A stretch of 64,000 nucleotides of DNA from the IMG/VR virus record IMGVR_UViG_3300032050_010539; one strand, written 5' to 3'. Positions 19,104 to 28,617 of the stretch are shown here, piece after piece; positions within the stretch are counted from its first letter, which is position 1, and each line of letters opens with the position of its first letter. This stretch comes from a virus. The position numbers and the translations under genes are program-made. The notes under the pieces were generated by a model that had not been told where the DNA came from, searched no databases, and saw nothing but the letters and a program-made list of their open reading frames with translations.

Positions 19104-19421
19104 TTACTCTTCTATTTTTTTAAAGATAGCATTTTCTTCCTTGATGCTTTCTTCTGTTTTTTGTGCAACAACTTTTATTGCTTGCATCAAAGAATCTGAA
19201 ATGTTTCTGTAAGCTTTGTCGTATTCTTTTATAACGATCCAACGACCATAATTACAGTTTTCAGGGTTTGTTACATATCTGACTCTAAAGAATAAATAAT
19301 GGCCATTGGTGTAATTAATTAATGCCGAGAAATAATAAGAAGAATCCCAAAACTCACATTCTTCTTTGGTGCATTTAAATACTTTTAAGACCTGGTTCTG
19401 AAACTCTTCAAATGATAGCAT
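19104..19421 (-). CDS. hypothetical protein, tandem paralogue
   Basis: duplicate of the previous gene. Confidence 0.8.
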   Translation of the reverse strand: MLSFEEFQNQVLKVFKCTKEECEFWDSSYYFSALINYTNGHYLFFRVRYVTNPENCNYGRWIVIKEYDKAYRNISDSLMQAIKVVAQKTEESIKEENAIFKKIEE

Positions 19422-19487
19422 AACATCTCCTGTTGATAGATTAAATCTTGATTACTGATAACTGATTACTGATTGATTAATCACAAA

Positions 19488-19766
19488 CTATTCGAAAACC
19501 AATGCACCCAGAACCTCTGTCTCGGTCTTGGTTAAATTTATACAGACAATACTCTGGACCGGTGGCCCAATAACCGCACCGTAAACTCCCGCAATTGATC
19601 CACCTAGGGCTGCACCTCCTACCGTCACCACCATCAAGCGATCAGCTTTATCCCAAAATCGAGGGGAATCAGCGCCCTCGCGATCAAGGGGGATCCCCCC
19701 GGTATGACAACTATTTCTAAGGTGATGGCTGAAGGATTGCTTCCGAAACTCTTTAAATGGCAGCAT
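19488..19766 (-). CDS. chimeric small protein with glycine-zipper TM segment
   Basis: MLPFKEFRKQ start resembles its neighbours; VGGAALGGSIAGVYGAVIG. Confidence 0.45.
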   Translation of the reverse strand: MLPFKEFRKQSFSHHLRNSCHTGGIPLDREGADSPRFWDKADRLMVVTVGGAALGGSIAGVYGAVIGPPVQSIVCINLTKTETEVLGALVFE

Positions 19767-19792
19767 GATCTCTATTTAATATTGAAACTAAT

Positions 19793-20167
19793 CTAGGATA
19801 CTTGTAAAAACAGACAACCTAGAATTACGCCTGTCTTTTTATCCCGAACTAGCGCGCCGGGGGCTAAACAGTCCACGCGACCTATCTTAGCGGCCGCGGC
19901 GGCCGCTAACCCAGATACAATGTAATAAACCCCTTCCTGGGGTTCTGGTAGTCCTTCGATCTCTCCGTAAGTGACGGACTCGATGGCAATACCATCGATC
20001 TCCCCCGCAGGGAAGTTGACCATTGAAACTCGTGCGAGAATCCCCGACGGAGGTATCTCTCTCAGAATTTCAACAGTTTCAGCAAGAAACTGTCTTCTAT
20101 TGTCCTGTTCGACGCCCTCTCTAGAGACGAGGGTGATAGAGTGAGGGGTTGCGTTGATTAATGTCAT
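19793..20167 (-). CDS. conserved phage protein with N-x-T-P-H motif; possible Crn4-like ring nuclease
   Basis: INATPH, IPPSG..ARV, YGEIEGLPEP..GVYYIVS, R.DCLAPG..VRD...ILGC; function is from recollection only. Confidence 0.5.
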   Translation of the reverse strand: MTLINATPHSITLVSREGVEQDNRRQFLAETVEILREIPPSGILARVSMVNFPAGEIDGIAIESVTYGEIEGLPEPQEGVYYIVSGLAAAAAAKIGRVDCLAPGALVRDKKTGVILGCLFLQVS

Positions 20168-20268
20168 TTGTTCTCTCTGTAGTACGGTATATACGTCCTC
20201 TACTAGTAGAAGGGCTCAGCCGGCCTTATCAAAGGTCGGCTGATTACTATTCCATCAAGGAAAAAGGG

Positions 20269-21129
20269 TTAGGGAGTTCTTCTGAATACGCAGACCACCC
20301 GAAAACCGCCATCGTTGCCGCAGACGTCGCGGCGGTTGCTGCTGCCGCGAATCGCGGAACGGCAGCTATCAGGATTGAAGCCCCAGGAACCGCCCCGCAG
20401 AGAAGAATGATTATCATCCTCATTTTCTATCCAAGCACTGCCATCCGTCGGCGCACCATCATAATTATCATGCCAAGTATCGGCGCACCATTTCCAGACA
20501 TTGCCATGCATATCGCACAGTCCGAAGGCATTGGGGGGAAATTGTCCCACGGGAGTCGTTTCTTCTCGATATTCTCCCTTCGGTTCTCCAGCGTAGGTAT
20601 AGCTGGCACGGTAGTTAGCCAATTCCCCCGTAATGGTTTCCCCAAAGTGAAATGGGGGGGTGGTTCCAGCACGACAAGCGTATTCCCATTCCGCTTCACT
20701 CGGTAGTCGGTATTCCCTTCCCGTCAGTTTCGATAATCTCGCACAAAATTCAACGGCATCGTACCAGTTGACTTGTTCTACGGGGCGGCGATCACTATCG
20801 GGACGGTCTTTAAAATGGGCCGGGTTGAGATTAAGGTCTTGTTTAACTTTTAAATCTGTGCGAGAGGCAACCTCTTTCCACTGAGCCTGGGTGATGGGGT
20901 ATTTACCCATGAAAAAGGTGGAGACAGTAACCTCATGTTGAGGGCGTTCATCATCGTAACTATCTTTCTCATTTGGCGATGAACCCATCAGGAAAGTTCC
21001 CCCCGGGATGGCAACCATTTCTAAGGTGATGCCATTGCCCAAATCTTCCCCGAAGGGTTGTTCTTTAAACTGTCTTCTATTCTGTTCGACGCCCTGTCTA
21101 GATATTATTGTGTGTGGTATAGCGTTCAT
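20269..21129 (-). CDS. FGE-sulfatase/C-lectin-fold protein, DGR target type
   Basis: [57 protein letters not shown]; likely start MNAIPH at 21129 with AAGGA RBS. Confidence 0.92.
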   Translation of the reverse strand: MNAIPHTIISRQGVEQNRRQFKEQPFGEDLGNGITLEMVAIPGGTFLMGSSPNEKDSYDDERPQHEVTVSTFFMGKYPITQAQWKEVASRTDLKVKQDLNLNPAHFKDRPDSDRRPVEQVNWYDAVEFCARLSKLTGREYRLPSEAEWEYACRAGTTPPFHFGETITGELANYRASYTYAGEPKGEYREETTPVGQFPPNAFGLCDMHGNVWKWCADTWHDNYDGAPTDGSAWIENEDDNHSSLRGGSWGFNPDSCRSAIRGSSNRRDVCGNDGGFRVVCVFRRTP

Positions 21130-21218
21130 TTCCTTCTCTCTGTAGTAGAACGATATATACGCCTCTCTATTAATAGAGAGGCGTATATCAGCCGACCTCC
21201 GATAAGGTCGGCTAATTA

Positions 21219-21917
21219 CTAGTCCATAGGATTGGTGCTTGCGGCAGGGGTCGTCGCCGCCCACTCTGCATCGTTATTTGCAGCAGCGACAACAGCTTGT
21301 GCAGCTTGTGTTGCTTGTAGCCGAGCAGTGCGCTCTACTTGCCGGCGCTTCTGCCGAGCATTATTCTGAGACCGCGCCTTTGAGAACCAGTTATCCATCT
21401 CATTCTTTGAATCAAAGCCTCGGCCGCTAATGGAAGTATGATTGACCTCCATGCCTACCAAGGCCATAGCGTAAAAGACAATGCTATTGACTTCCTCACC
21501 GTTTACGGTGAGTTCGGATAAGATGGGCTCCCCGACCTCGAAGAGAACGGATAAGCCCGCTCCTACCATGCCTTCAGCGCCATCAGAGATAATCTCAAAT
21601 TGGTCCGGTGTTACCCGGACTTCAACTGTCATATCAACAAGCTGGTCGTTAGCAATTGGGAAACCCTGGCGGGTAATATTGTTAGTCCGCGTGACTGTGC
21701 CTACTAGCCGGACGGTTCCGTCGGAGCATTCTTTGTTCCAAAAGCGTTCTGGAAGGAACTTAGTTGTAAACGCTATTGAGAAAAGCAGTTGCGCTTTGGA
21801 TTCCTGTGGTTTAGGTTCTGCTACCGCTGCTTTGAATGCTTCTATAGGGGATAGAGTAGTAGTGGTTTTGGCGGTGGTTCCTGCGGTGGTTTTGGCGGTG
21901 CGTTGTGTTGTTCTCAT
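21219..21917 (-). CDS. hypothetical protein (possible ssDNA-binding, low-complexity termini)
   Basis: 232-aa ORF with beta-rich core and Thr/Ala-rich ends. Confidence 0.7.
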   Translation of the reverse strand: MRTTQRTAKTTAGTTAKTTTTLSPIEAFKAAVAEPKPQESKAQLLFSIAFTTKFLPERFWNKECSDGTVRLVGTVTRTNNITRQGFPIANDQLVDMTVEVRVTPDQFEIISDGAEGMVGAGLSVLFEVGEPILSELTVNGEEVNSIVFYAMALVGMEVNHTSISGRGFDSKNEMDNWFSKARSQNNARQKRRQVERTARLQATQAAQAVVAAANNDAEWAATTPAASTNPMD

Positions 21918-21954
21918 GGCTAGCTAATAGGTAATAATGAGTAATTAGAGGTTA

Positions 21955-22205
21955 TATCCCTCCGTTGGGGAGTGGTATCGACTACTTTCGCAGCTCGAGT
22001 ACCATAGGCCCTCCCCAACGGAGTGGCTAGAGCAGCTAGTGCAGCTATAGTAGTTATCACGACTAGTGCGACACAAGCCCCTCTGTTGGGGAGTGGCACT
22101 GGCTACTTTCGCAGCTCGAGTACCATAAGCTCCTCCGTTGGGGAGTGGCTAGTATAGCTATGGTAGCTATCGCGACAATAGCTCTTCTGAAAGGGAGTGG
22201 CTAAT
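21955..22205. repeat. array of five CCTCCGTTGGGGAGTGG(CTA)-like repeats separated by hairpin spacers
   Basis: GAGTGG at ~21970, 22021, 22091, 22143, 22195. Confidence 0.8.
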
Positions 22206-22421
22206 GAAACTAACGCAGCTCTTGCTGGGTGCTTAGGGAGTACGCATAACAGATAGTTTATTGCCACCGCTAATAGAGTTCGCCGTCACGGGCATAAGCC
22301 GCCGCTAGTAACATTCGCTGTCATGAGCAATATTAGATACTACCTATCATATGGAGGGAAGAGCTCCACTAAAAGAAAAAGGGGCCAGGTGGCCCCCAGG
22401 GGTCATATGACCCCATTGTAA

Positions 22422-25400
22422 TTAGAAATCAGGATGATCTTCAGCTTCAGCGAGTTCTAGTTTATAGTCGCCGAGGTCGAGATGTACAACAGTTGCGATT
22501 TCCAACAGCTGCTTAAGTTGAGGGTTCCTGACATAGTTAGAGAGTTGGAACTCACTTACCATGTCGAACACACTAACGGGGACGATATCATCAGCGCCAT
22601 AACTGGCTGCGTCATCCTGGGTCATAGGAACCACAGGATCATGGCCCTGGCCAGTACGACGGAAGGCTCCGTATATGGCAGATGACATGATAAGGCTCTC
22701 GCGAGCGAAGTTGCCCCGTTCGAGAGCACCGTATGTGAGAGTACGGGCGCGGGCCTTTATAAGCTGGTAGATTACCGCGGGCTCCTTAGCCAGCTTAGCG
22801 GGCATAAGGTCAGCCATAGCCCGAGCAGGAGGTACACCACCTCCTTGGCGATCCGTATCCAAAAGCTTAGTGGAATTGGCAGAGTAGTATAACCCGTCCT
22901 GCGACGACTTATACATAGGTACGCCAGCAGCCCAGGCGCGGGCTGCTTGCACTAAAGTAGCCATGAAGATCTTAGCCTCAGGGGTATAGCCCCCGAGACC
23001 CATGCTTTCATAGACGAAACGCCAGGCGATAACACACGCTTTAAGTGCGTCGGTATCGACGCCGCTAGCACGGTACATACTATCCCAGGTTTGGAAGGCA
23101 AGTGCAGAACAGATACCATAGCCAACACCTACGGCTACTTTATAATGCGTGTGCACCTCAGCAGCGTCGCTGACGTACTTATCGACAGCGATAGCAGTAG
23201 CTACAGGCTTATCCCACTTAGTGAGGGATTTCTTGCCTATCTTATCTTCATAGCTCATGAAGGCGAAGAACGGCAGGTCATCTGCTTCGTAGCAGTAGAA
23301 GTAGCCGCCTATGCCCATGAGACTAGCATTGATAGTGAGGGCACTCTCAGCGTCGATACCGTATTTGTGAGCATTAATGCCGCCGCACTGGTCACCATCA
23401 GCATCGCCTTCGTTAACGGCGTGCCATAGGAGAGGGTTGACTGTGTAGTGTGCGACGAAGGCATCGGTAGTAGATAACTTAACGCGGCCGCATAGGACGA
23501 AGCCCATAGGAGTCCGTTGTATCCCAATAACCTGACCTTCTTCGATGCCAAGCATACGTACCATAGGGCAATTGGGGTGCATGAGAATTACAGGCACGCC
23601 ATCAGCGCTATGGAGCAAGGGGCTATAGCTGGTCTTGACCTTACCAACGACCACATCGCCAGCGCGGGCCATACTCTTCATAATGCCTTTGGATTTAACC
23701 ATGGTGTTACACCATGTGCGTAAACCGCGGCTGACCTTAGCGGTCATGGAGTAGATTTTACTATCCAAACCGCTTTGGTCTTCAATTCCTACATCAGTAA
23801 CGTAGGCCAACAGTGTCAAGAGGTCTAGCATAATACCAGTAGCGGAGGCGCCAGAGAAGGTACCGAACGCGCTTAGGGCCTTACCATTGATATGAAGAGA
23901 GACTTCATTACCGTTATTCTGAGCAACGATATCCACTCCATCGGGGTAGACGGTAGCAAAACGATCTAGCAGATTGCGGTCACTGCCAGGGGTGCTATCA
24001 GAAACATAGTTGTTAACTACGCCGATAATGTCCCGTAGATGGTCACGCCCCTCAGTAGTGCTGATGTTAATACAAGCATCACATTCCTTAGATGTGATCA
24101 TACTAACTATGGACATGACGTTATCGTATTTAACCTCCTCCATGAGCGCTTCGCCCCAACCGCGGTTCTGTAGAGCCACAATACCTATCTGCTCCATAGT
24201 CATTTTGGAGAATGCTACGGACTCACGAGGAGTGGCTATCTCGATATCGTATGGCAGATAGCCGTATATAACCTCTACTGTTTCTTCGATACGGACGCTG
24301 GTATCGTCGATGTCGATTACCTTGATGTCATCGTTAGTTACTACGGAGGAGATGGAATCCCACAGGTCGCGGGCCATATCAAAGGAGATGACCTCTTTAA
24401 CACTGGCTCCAGTATCATCAGTAGCCAGTTTGGCTTGAGCCCACTCAGTAAAGGTATTACTCTTAGTCATAAGATCAATAACTTCACCAGTATCATCGAT
24501 GGTGAGAAGCGCACCTTCGGGAGTATAGGTGCAGCCCCCCTTCTCAATGGCGAACATCTCTATGAGCGCGGGCCATCCCTTGGTGGTCTCGTTATTTAGG
24601 ATGATATCCCAGGGTTGAGATAGTCCCTCAACGTCATAGGGAAGAGTGGTAAGCTTCTTACCTAGACCGCGGAGTTTGAGGGCTTGGTCGCGCCCCACCA
24701 TCTCGGTCTCAAGTCGAATAGTGACGCTATCAGCGCGGCCCTCGACGCCATTACGCGTGACAGTCCCGCCTATTACGCGGATGTCCTGCGCGAATGTCTC
24801 GTTCTTCACTATGCAGTACTTGCCCTGCATAATGCTAATGATAGAGTTACCAGGAGCATAAACCTGGCCCTTCGCTTTCTCTATCTTGCCTTCGATGACT
24901 TCCATGAGTTTACTCGTGGGGTCATCTAGATCAGCAGCCATAAGAGCGCGAACTGAGCTAGGAATACGGAGTACGTGAAACTCCTTAGTAATGGTCTTCG
25001 GTACGGTGTATTCGAACTCAAGGTCGCGGCGTATAGCAGCAACACCACTGCCAAAGCCAAAGCGGCTATTGGTGAATGCGGTGCGTAGATAGAGGCCACC
25101 ACCACAACTATAGTTACCATCACCTAAATCAACGCGAAGTAGACTATCACGACGATCTATAATCTCAGCACGAGTGTATTTACCCGAGCTAGGCGGACGG
25201 TTGTACACCTTAGTGGGCTTGCTAAAATCATGGATGGAGTATATCTTACTATCCTTAAGTCCGAGGAACATGGCCTTGGCACCCTTACCTACAGCGATCC
25301 ATTTTGCATTGTATTTATCAGGTGCTGCTATGACATTGGCTTTGAGCGACAATTCAAGATCGCTGGGTGCGAGGCCAACGTTCTCCACTTGCAGGAAGGG

Positions 25401-27518
25401 GAAGGCCTTATCCCAAGGCTTGAACGCTACAGGACGGGACATACAGCGATTAATCTCAAATAGAGATTGACCCTCTTTAGGCTGAGCGCCGTAGTTGATG
25501 TCCTCGCGCCACAGGTTAGTTACCTCATTGAGGATAGCACGCGCACCAGTGGCGTTATACGCTACCTTCATACAGAGCGCCACAAGGGCTACACGACCAC
25601 TGTAGTCTTTGCCTCCGACTTTAACGAGTTCATTAGCGATGCGACTCTGACGACCATCATTGACGCTACCTGTACTAAAGTTGAAAGTAGTGCTGCGGTT
25701 ATTACCTTTGATAACCACACAGGGGCCCTCAACACTAACAGTACGATGCTGCTTGACACATAGACAGCCTACAAGAGCGGCTAAATCGTCACCAGACCAC
25801 GTGGCTAACTTAGTGAGGAAGTGCTCACTATACATGCTAACTAAGCATTCGGTCTTAGTAGTATAGGTATGCTTGTCGTCTTCATAGGGAATAGACTTAG
25901 TTACACCTAAGTTAATGACCTTAGGATTCATTTTAGAATCCGTGGTGTAAACAACCCGATGGTCTAGAAGCGCAAGGAACTTCTTACACATACGGTTGTA
26001 ACCAGATACGACATAGAGAATCGGACCTTCAGGCAGAAGGTCGAAGTTATTAGCCCCAAACAAGCGGGTTAACTCTTTACGAGCTGCTGTGATGCGCGCC
26101 TCCTGCTTAGGAGACACGACTCCACCGAGAGTACTAGGGTCAGGAATTAACATCTCGATAATGCTCTTCATGGTAGTGCTAGTGTTGGTGGTATTGTTAG
26201 AGGAGCTATCACTCTCTAACCCCTTAGTAGGGGCTCCTATGTTAGAGAGCGGGTGGGTAGGAGTTACTGCTGCGGGCGCCGCACCAATAAGACCATCAAT
26301 TGCTTGAATGGTTAGCGCAACAGCATTATCGTTGTTGACACTATTGTTAAAGACAAATTCCCAGTCTAATAACGTATTAGTGTCATCATATCCAACGGCT
26401 TCAGCATATTCGCCATAGGTTTTATAATCGAGTACGCGATCATCGAGACCTACGACTTCACGACAAATCGCAGGATCTAAACTATCTACTACATCCATCC
26501 ATATATCATCAGGACCAGGTGCCCCGCTTTCTACAAACGCGGTCATGAGGTAGTGAGTGCATAAGAGGCGGGCCACTAATGCCGGGTCGTACATAAGCAG
26601 AGCTGCTTCGTATTCGTCGTTCTCGTGTTCAGTACCTTCGTAGTAAGATTTAGTGTCATGCCATTGAGCCGAGCCCGCGCCAATAGCGGCCTCAGACACC
26701 AGAGCTATATCTAGGTCTTCAGTAAGACCTAGAGCTTGGCAGTGGTGGACAAGCTCGTGAGTTATCGCGTATATATCTTCGAATGAAGGTACAGTAACGA
26801 CATTGTCACAATAAGACGCTATGTCCCCTTGTACAAAGGTCACACCGCATAGTTTGCCTACGATTCTCATGCGGCAAGCCAGTACATCACTTGGTAATTC
26901 TGGTACTACAACGCTCATACAGCGTTTAACGCGTGCTGCTTTATCAGTAGCTTTAGCAGCTTTAGTTATCGCTAAAACGGCTTTAGCGTTTTTAGTTTTG
27001 TACTTCTTGCCTACACACGTGCGGCCGTTGCCGCGGTAGTTTACGCGGCCTTGGTCGAGGGCAGCGATAATACTATCAGCAGCATTATTTACGGTAGCAA
27101 CGGCTTTAGCGCCGGTGCTAATAGAACGCGAGGGACGCGCAAATACTGCGCTGACAGCGCGCAGTATAGGTTTGGCCTTACGTTGTCGTAAGACAAGTTT
27201 GTCTACGACGTTACGGTTACGTAATACGGGTTTGCGGGCGGCTGAAGCTGCGGCAGCTGCGGCACGACGTAGCGCACGTCGTGCTGATTTTACAACGCAG
27301 GGACGTTGACTTTGAGGTAGAGAGCGGATGGGGCGGCCGGCTGACGCTATACGACGAGAGCGACGGCGTACTACGCGATTAGCGCGACGGCTCGCTATCT
27401 GCTGAGCGCGGCGACCAGGGCCTACACGTCGTGTAGTAGGAGCACCTGCGATGATAGCGACGCTGATAGAGGCTACGAGAATATTGGATTGAAAGACGAT
27501 AGAGTTGATGGTACTCAT
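22422..27518 (-). CDS. single-chain double-psi beta-barrel DNA-dependent RNA polymerase with N-terminal basic region and HExxH zincin-like domain
   Basis: catalytic-like NEGDADGDQ (23391-23405) preceded by VIGIQRTP; beta-like KLRGLGKK...WDIILNN (~24590-24680); HELVH (26745-26759). Confidence 0.78.
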   Translation of the reverse strand: MSTINSIVFQSNILVASISVAIIAGAPTTRRVGPGRRAQQIASRRANRVVRRRSRRIASAGRPIRSLPQSQRPCVVKSARRALRRAAAAAASAARKPVLRNRNVVDKLVLRQRKAKPILRAVSAVFARPSRSISTGAKAVATVNNAADSIIAALDQGRVNYRGNGRTCVGKKYKTKNAKAVLAITKAAKATDKAARVKRCMSVVVPELPSDVLACRMRIVGKLCGVTFVQGDIASYCDNVVTVPSFEDIYAITHELVHHCQALGLTEDLDIALVSEAAIGAGSAQWHDTKSYYEGTEHENDEYEAALLMYDPALVARLLCTHYLMTAFVESGAPGPDDIWMDVVDSLDPAICREVVGLDDRVLDYKTYGEYAEAVGYDDTNTLLDWEFVFNNSVNNDNAVALTIQAIDGLIGAAPAAVTPTHPLSNIGAPTKGLESDSSSNNTTNTSTTMKSIIEMLIPDPSTLGGVVSPKQEARITAARKELTRLFGANNFDLLPEGPILYVVSGYNRMCKKFLALLDHRVVYTTDSKMNPKVINLGVTKSIPYEDDKHTYTTKTECLVSMYSEHFLTKLATWSGDDLAALVGCLCVKQHRTVSVEGPCVVIKGNNRSTTFNFSTGSVNDGRQSRIANELVKVGGKDYSGRVALVALCMKVAYNATGARAILNEVTNLWREDINYGAQPKEGQSLFEINRCMSRPVAFKPWDKAFPFLQVENVGLAPSDLELSLKANVIAAPDKYNAKWIAVGKGAKAMFLGLKDSKIYSIHDFSKPTKVYNRPPSSGKYTRAEIIDRRDSLLRVDLGDGNYSCGGGLYLRTAFTNSRFGFGSGVAAIRRDLEFEYTVPKTITKEFHVLRIPSSVRALMAADLDDPTSKLMEVIEGKIEKAKGQVYAPGNSIISIMQGKYCIVKNETFAQDIRVIGGTVTRNGVEGRADSVTIRLETEMVGRDQALKLRGLGKKLTTLPYDVEGLSQPWDIILNNETTKGWPALIEMFAIEKGGCTYTPEGALLTIDDTGEVIDLMTKSNTFTEWAQAKLATDDTGASVKEVISFDMARDLWDSISSVVTNDDIKVIDIDDTSVRIEETVEVIYGYLPYDIEIATPRESVAFSKMTMEQIGIVALQNRGWGEALMEEVKYDNVMSIVSMITSKECDACINISTTEGRDHLRDIIGVVNNYVSDSTPGSDRNLLDRFATVYPDGVDIVAQNNGNEVSLHINGKALSAFGTFSGASATGIMLDLLTLLAYVTDVGIEDQSGLDSKIYSMTAKVSRGLRTWCNTMVKSKGIMKSMARAGDVVVGKVKTSYSPLLHSADGVPVILMHPNCPMVRMLGIEEGQVIGIQRTPMGFVLCGRVKLSTTDAFVAHYTVNPLLWHAVNEGDADGDQCGGINAHKYGIDAESALTINASLMGIGGYFYCYEADDLPFFAFMSYEDKIGKKSLTKWDKPVATAIAVDKYVSDAAEVHTHYKVAVGVGYGICSALAFQTWDSMYRASGVDTDALKACVIAWRFVYESMGLGGYTPEAKIFMATLVQAARAWAAGVPMYKSSQDGLYYSANSTKLLDTDRQGGGVPPARAMADLMPAKLAKEPAVIYQLIKARARTLTYGALERGNFARESLIMSSAIYGAFRRTGQGHDPVVPMTQDDAASYGADDIVPVSVFDMVSEFQLSNYVRNPQLKQLLEIATVVHLDLGDYKLELAEAEDHPDF

Positions 27519-27577
27519 GGTTAGTGGTAATATAGGGCCACTAAAGGAAAAAGGGGCCCTGCTTGGGCCCCTTTTTA

Positions 27578-28318
27578 TTAGTCAAGTAGATCGTTGATGT
27601 CGATGTCGACTGATAGGTCAGCCGGCACTTCCCAATCAGTAGCAGTATCATCAGATGCTACTACTGACTTAGCAACAGTACCTGGCTTAGATACTATTGC
27701 TGCAGTATCTCGTGCAGCCTTAGCAGCCTCCCGTTTGCGTTTGCGGGCGGCCGCTTTACTATGTAACTGTTCCGTAGTTACCACGTTAGATTTTGCCGTT
27801 CCCTCAAACCCGTCTAGTATAGACGGGTCTATTTTCGGACGGACAACTTCCCGATGAAGTTGGATTTCCGCACCTTCAAGGTGAAAGTACTGGGTTATTG
27901 TGCCCTTGTATTCCGTTTCGCGTCCAACGCGGAGGTCTTCCGCGCTGAAGCTAACTTTTACACACCCCCACGAGCTGTCCCACCCGTCTTCAAAATCTGT
28001 AGATAACTCTACAGACATTATCACGTCATCGCTGGCGTCTCCGGAGAGAAGCTTTACAAACTCGGCTGTAGATAAGCTACGGCCATCGGAGGTAGTGAGA
28101 GGTACCTCTCCGTTTTTACTGGATATCAGCCGGAACTCCAGCCAGTAGCTAGACCCATCCAGGCGGCGCTTGATAGCGCCATTGTGCACGTAAGTAACAA
28201 CGCCAGGCTTAGTGCTGGCAGAGCGACTTACGTTAAGGGTAAATACGTAGTTTTTGGAGTTGGTGGGTTGGTTAGAGGCTTGATTAGAGGCCTGGTTGTC
28301 GTTGTTGTTGTTTCTCAT
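27578..28318 (-). CDS. hypothetical protein with acidic C-terminal tail (SSB-like architecture)
   Basis: start MRNNNND follows the motif; ends VDIDINDLLD. Confidence 0.7.
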   Translation of the reverse strand: MRNNNNDNQASNQASNQPTNSKNYVFTLNVSRSASTKPGVVTYVHNGAIKRRLDGSSYWLEFRLISSKNGEVPLTTSDGRSLSTAEFVKLLSGDASDDVIMSVELSTDFEDGWDSSWGCVKVSFSAEDLRVGRETEYKGTITQYFHLEGAEIQLHREVVRPKIDPSILDGFEGTAKSNVVTTEQLHSKAAARKRKREAAKAARDTAAIVSKPGTVAKSVVASDDTATDWEVPADLSVDIDINDLLD

Positions 28319-28485
28319 TGTGTATACTTGGGTGTATAGGACTACTAAAAGAAAAGGGGCCAATTGCTGGCGTACTTAACGAACTCAGGTGCTGAACTTC
28401 ATTCCTCTTCTTTTTAAGGCGCTATCATTTAAAGACGAGGGGCCCGCCTCTATCTTGAATAAGAAGTAGAGACGGGCCCATAGTA

Positions 28486-28593
28486 TTACCCTATTAGAGT
28501 AATAATCTCCAAATCACCATCTGGTGCAACATACCAGCGATGACCATTGAGGTCTAGATGACATGCCGGCCCATTTACAGACCGACGCTGAAT
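28486..28593 (-). pseudogene. start-less paralogue of the 49-aa gene at 29439..29588
   Basis: RBS AGGAGG directly followed by IQRRSVNGPACHLDLNGHRWYVAPDGDLEIITLIG*. Confidence 0.6.
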
Positions 28594-28617
28594 TTACCTC
28601 CTAGAATAAATGTTTAA

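Noticed and set aside
19771-19788. ATTGAAAC as a third CRISPR-like unit
   Set aside because: No preceding CCCT/AGGG-type stem; AT-rich spacer, likely chance
21955-22205. True CRISPR array
   Set aside because: Repeats are short (~18-21 nt) and degenerate, spacers are self-similar hairpins, there is no GAAAC end and no cas genes are present
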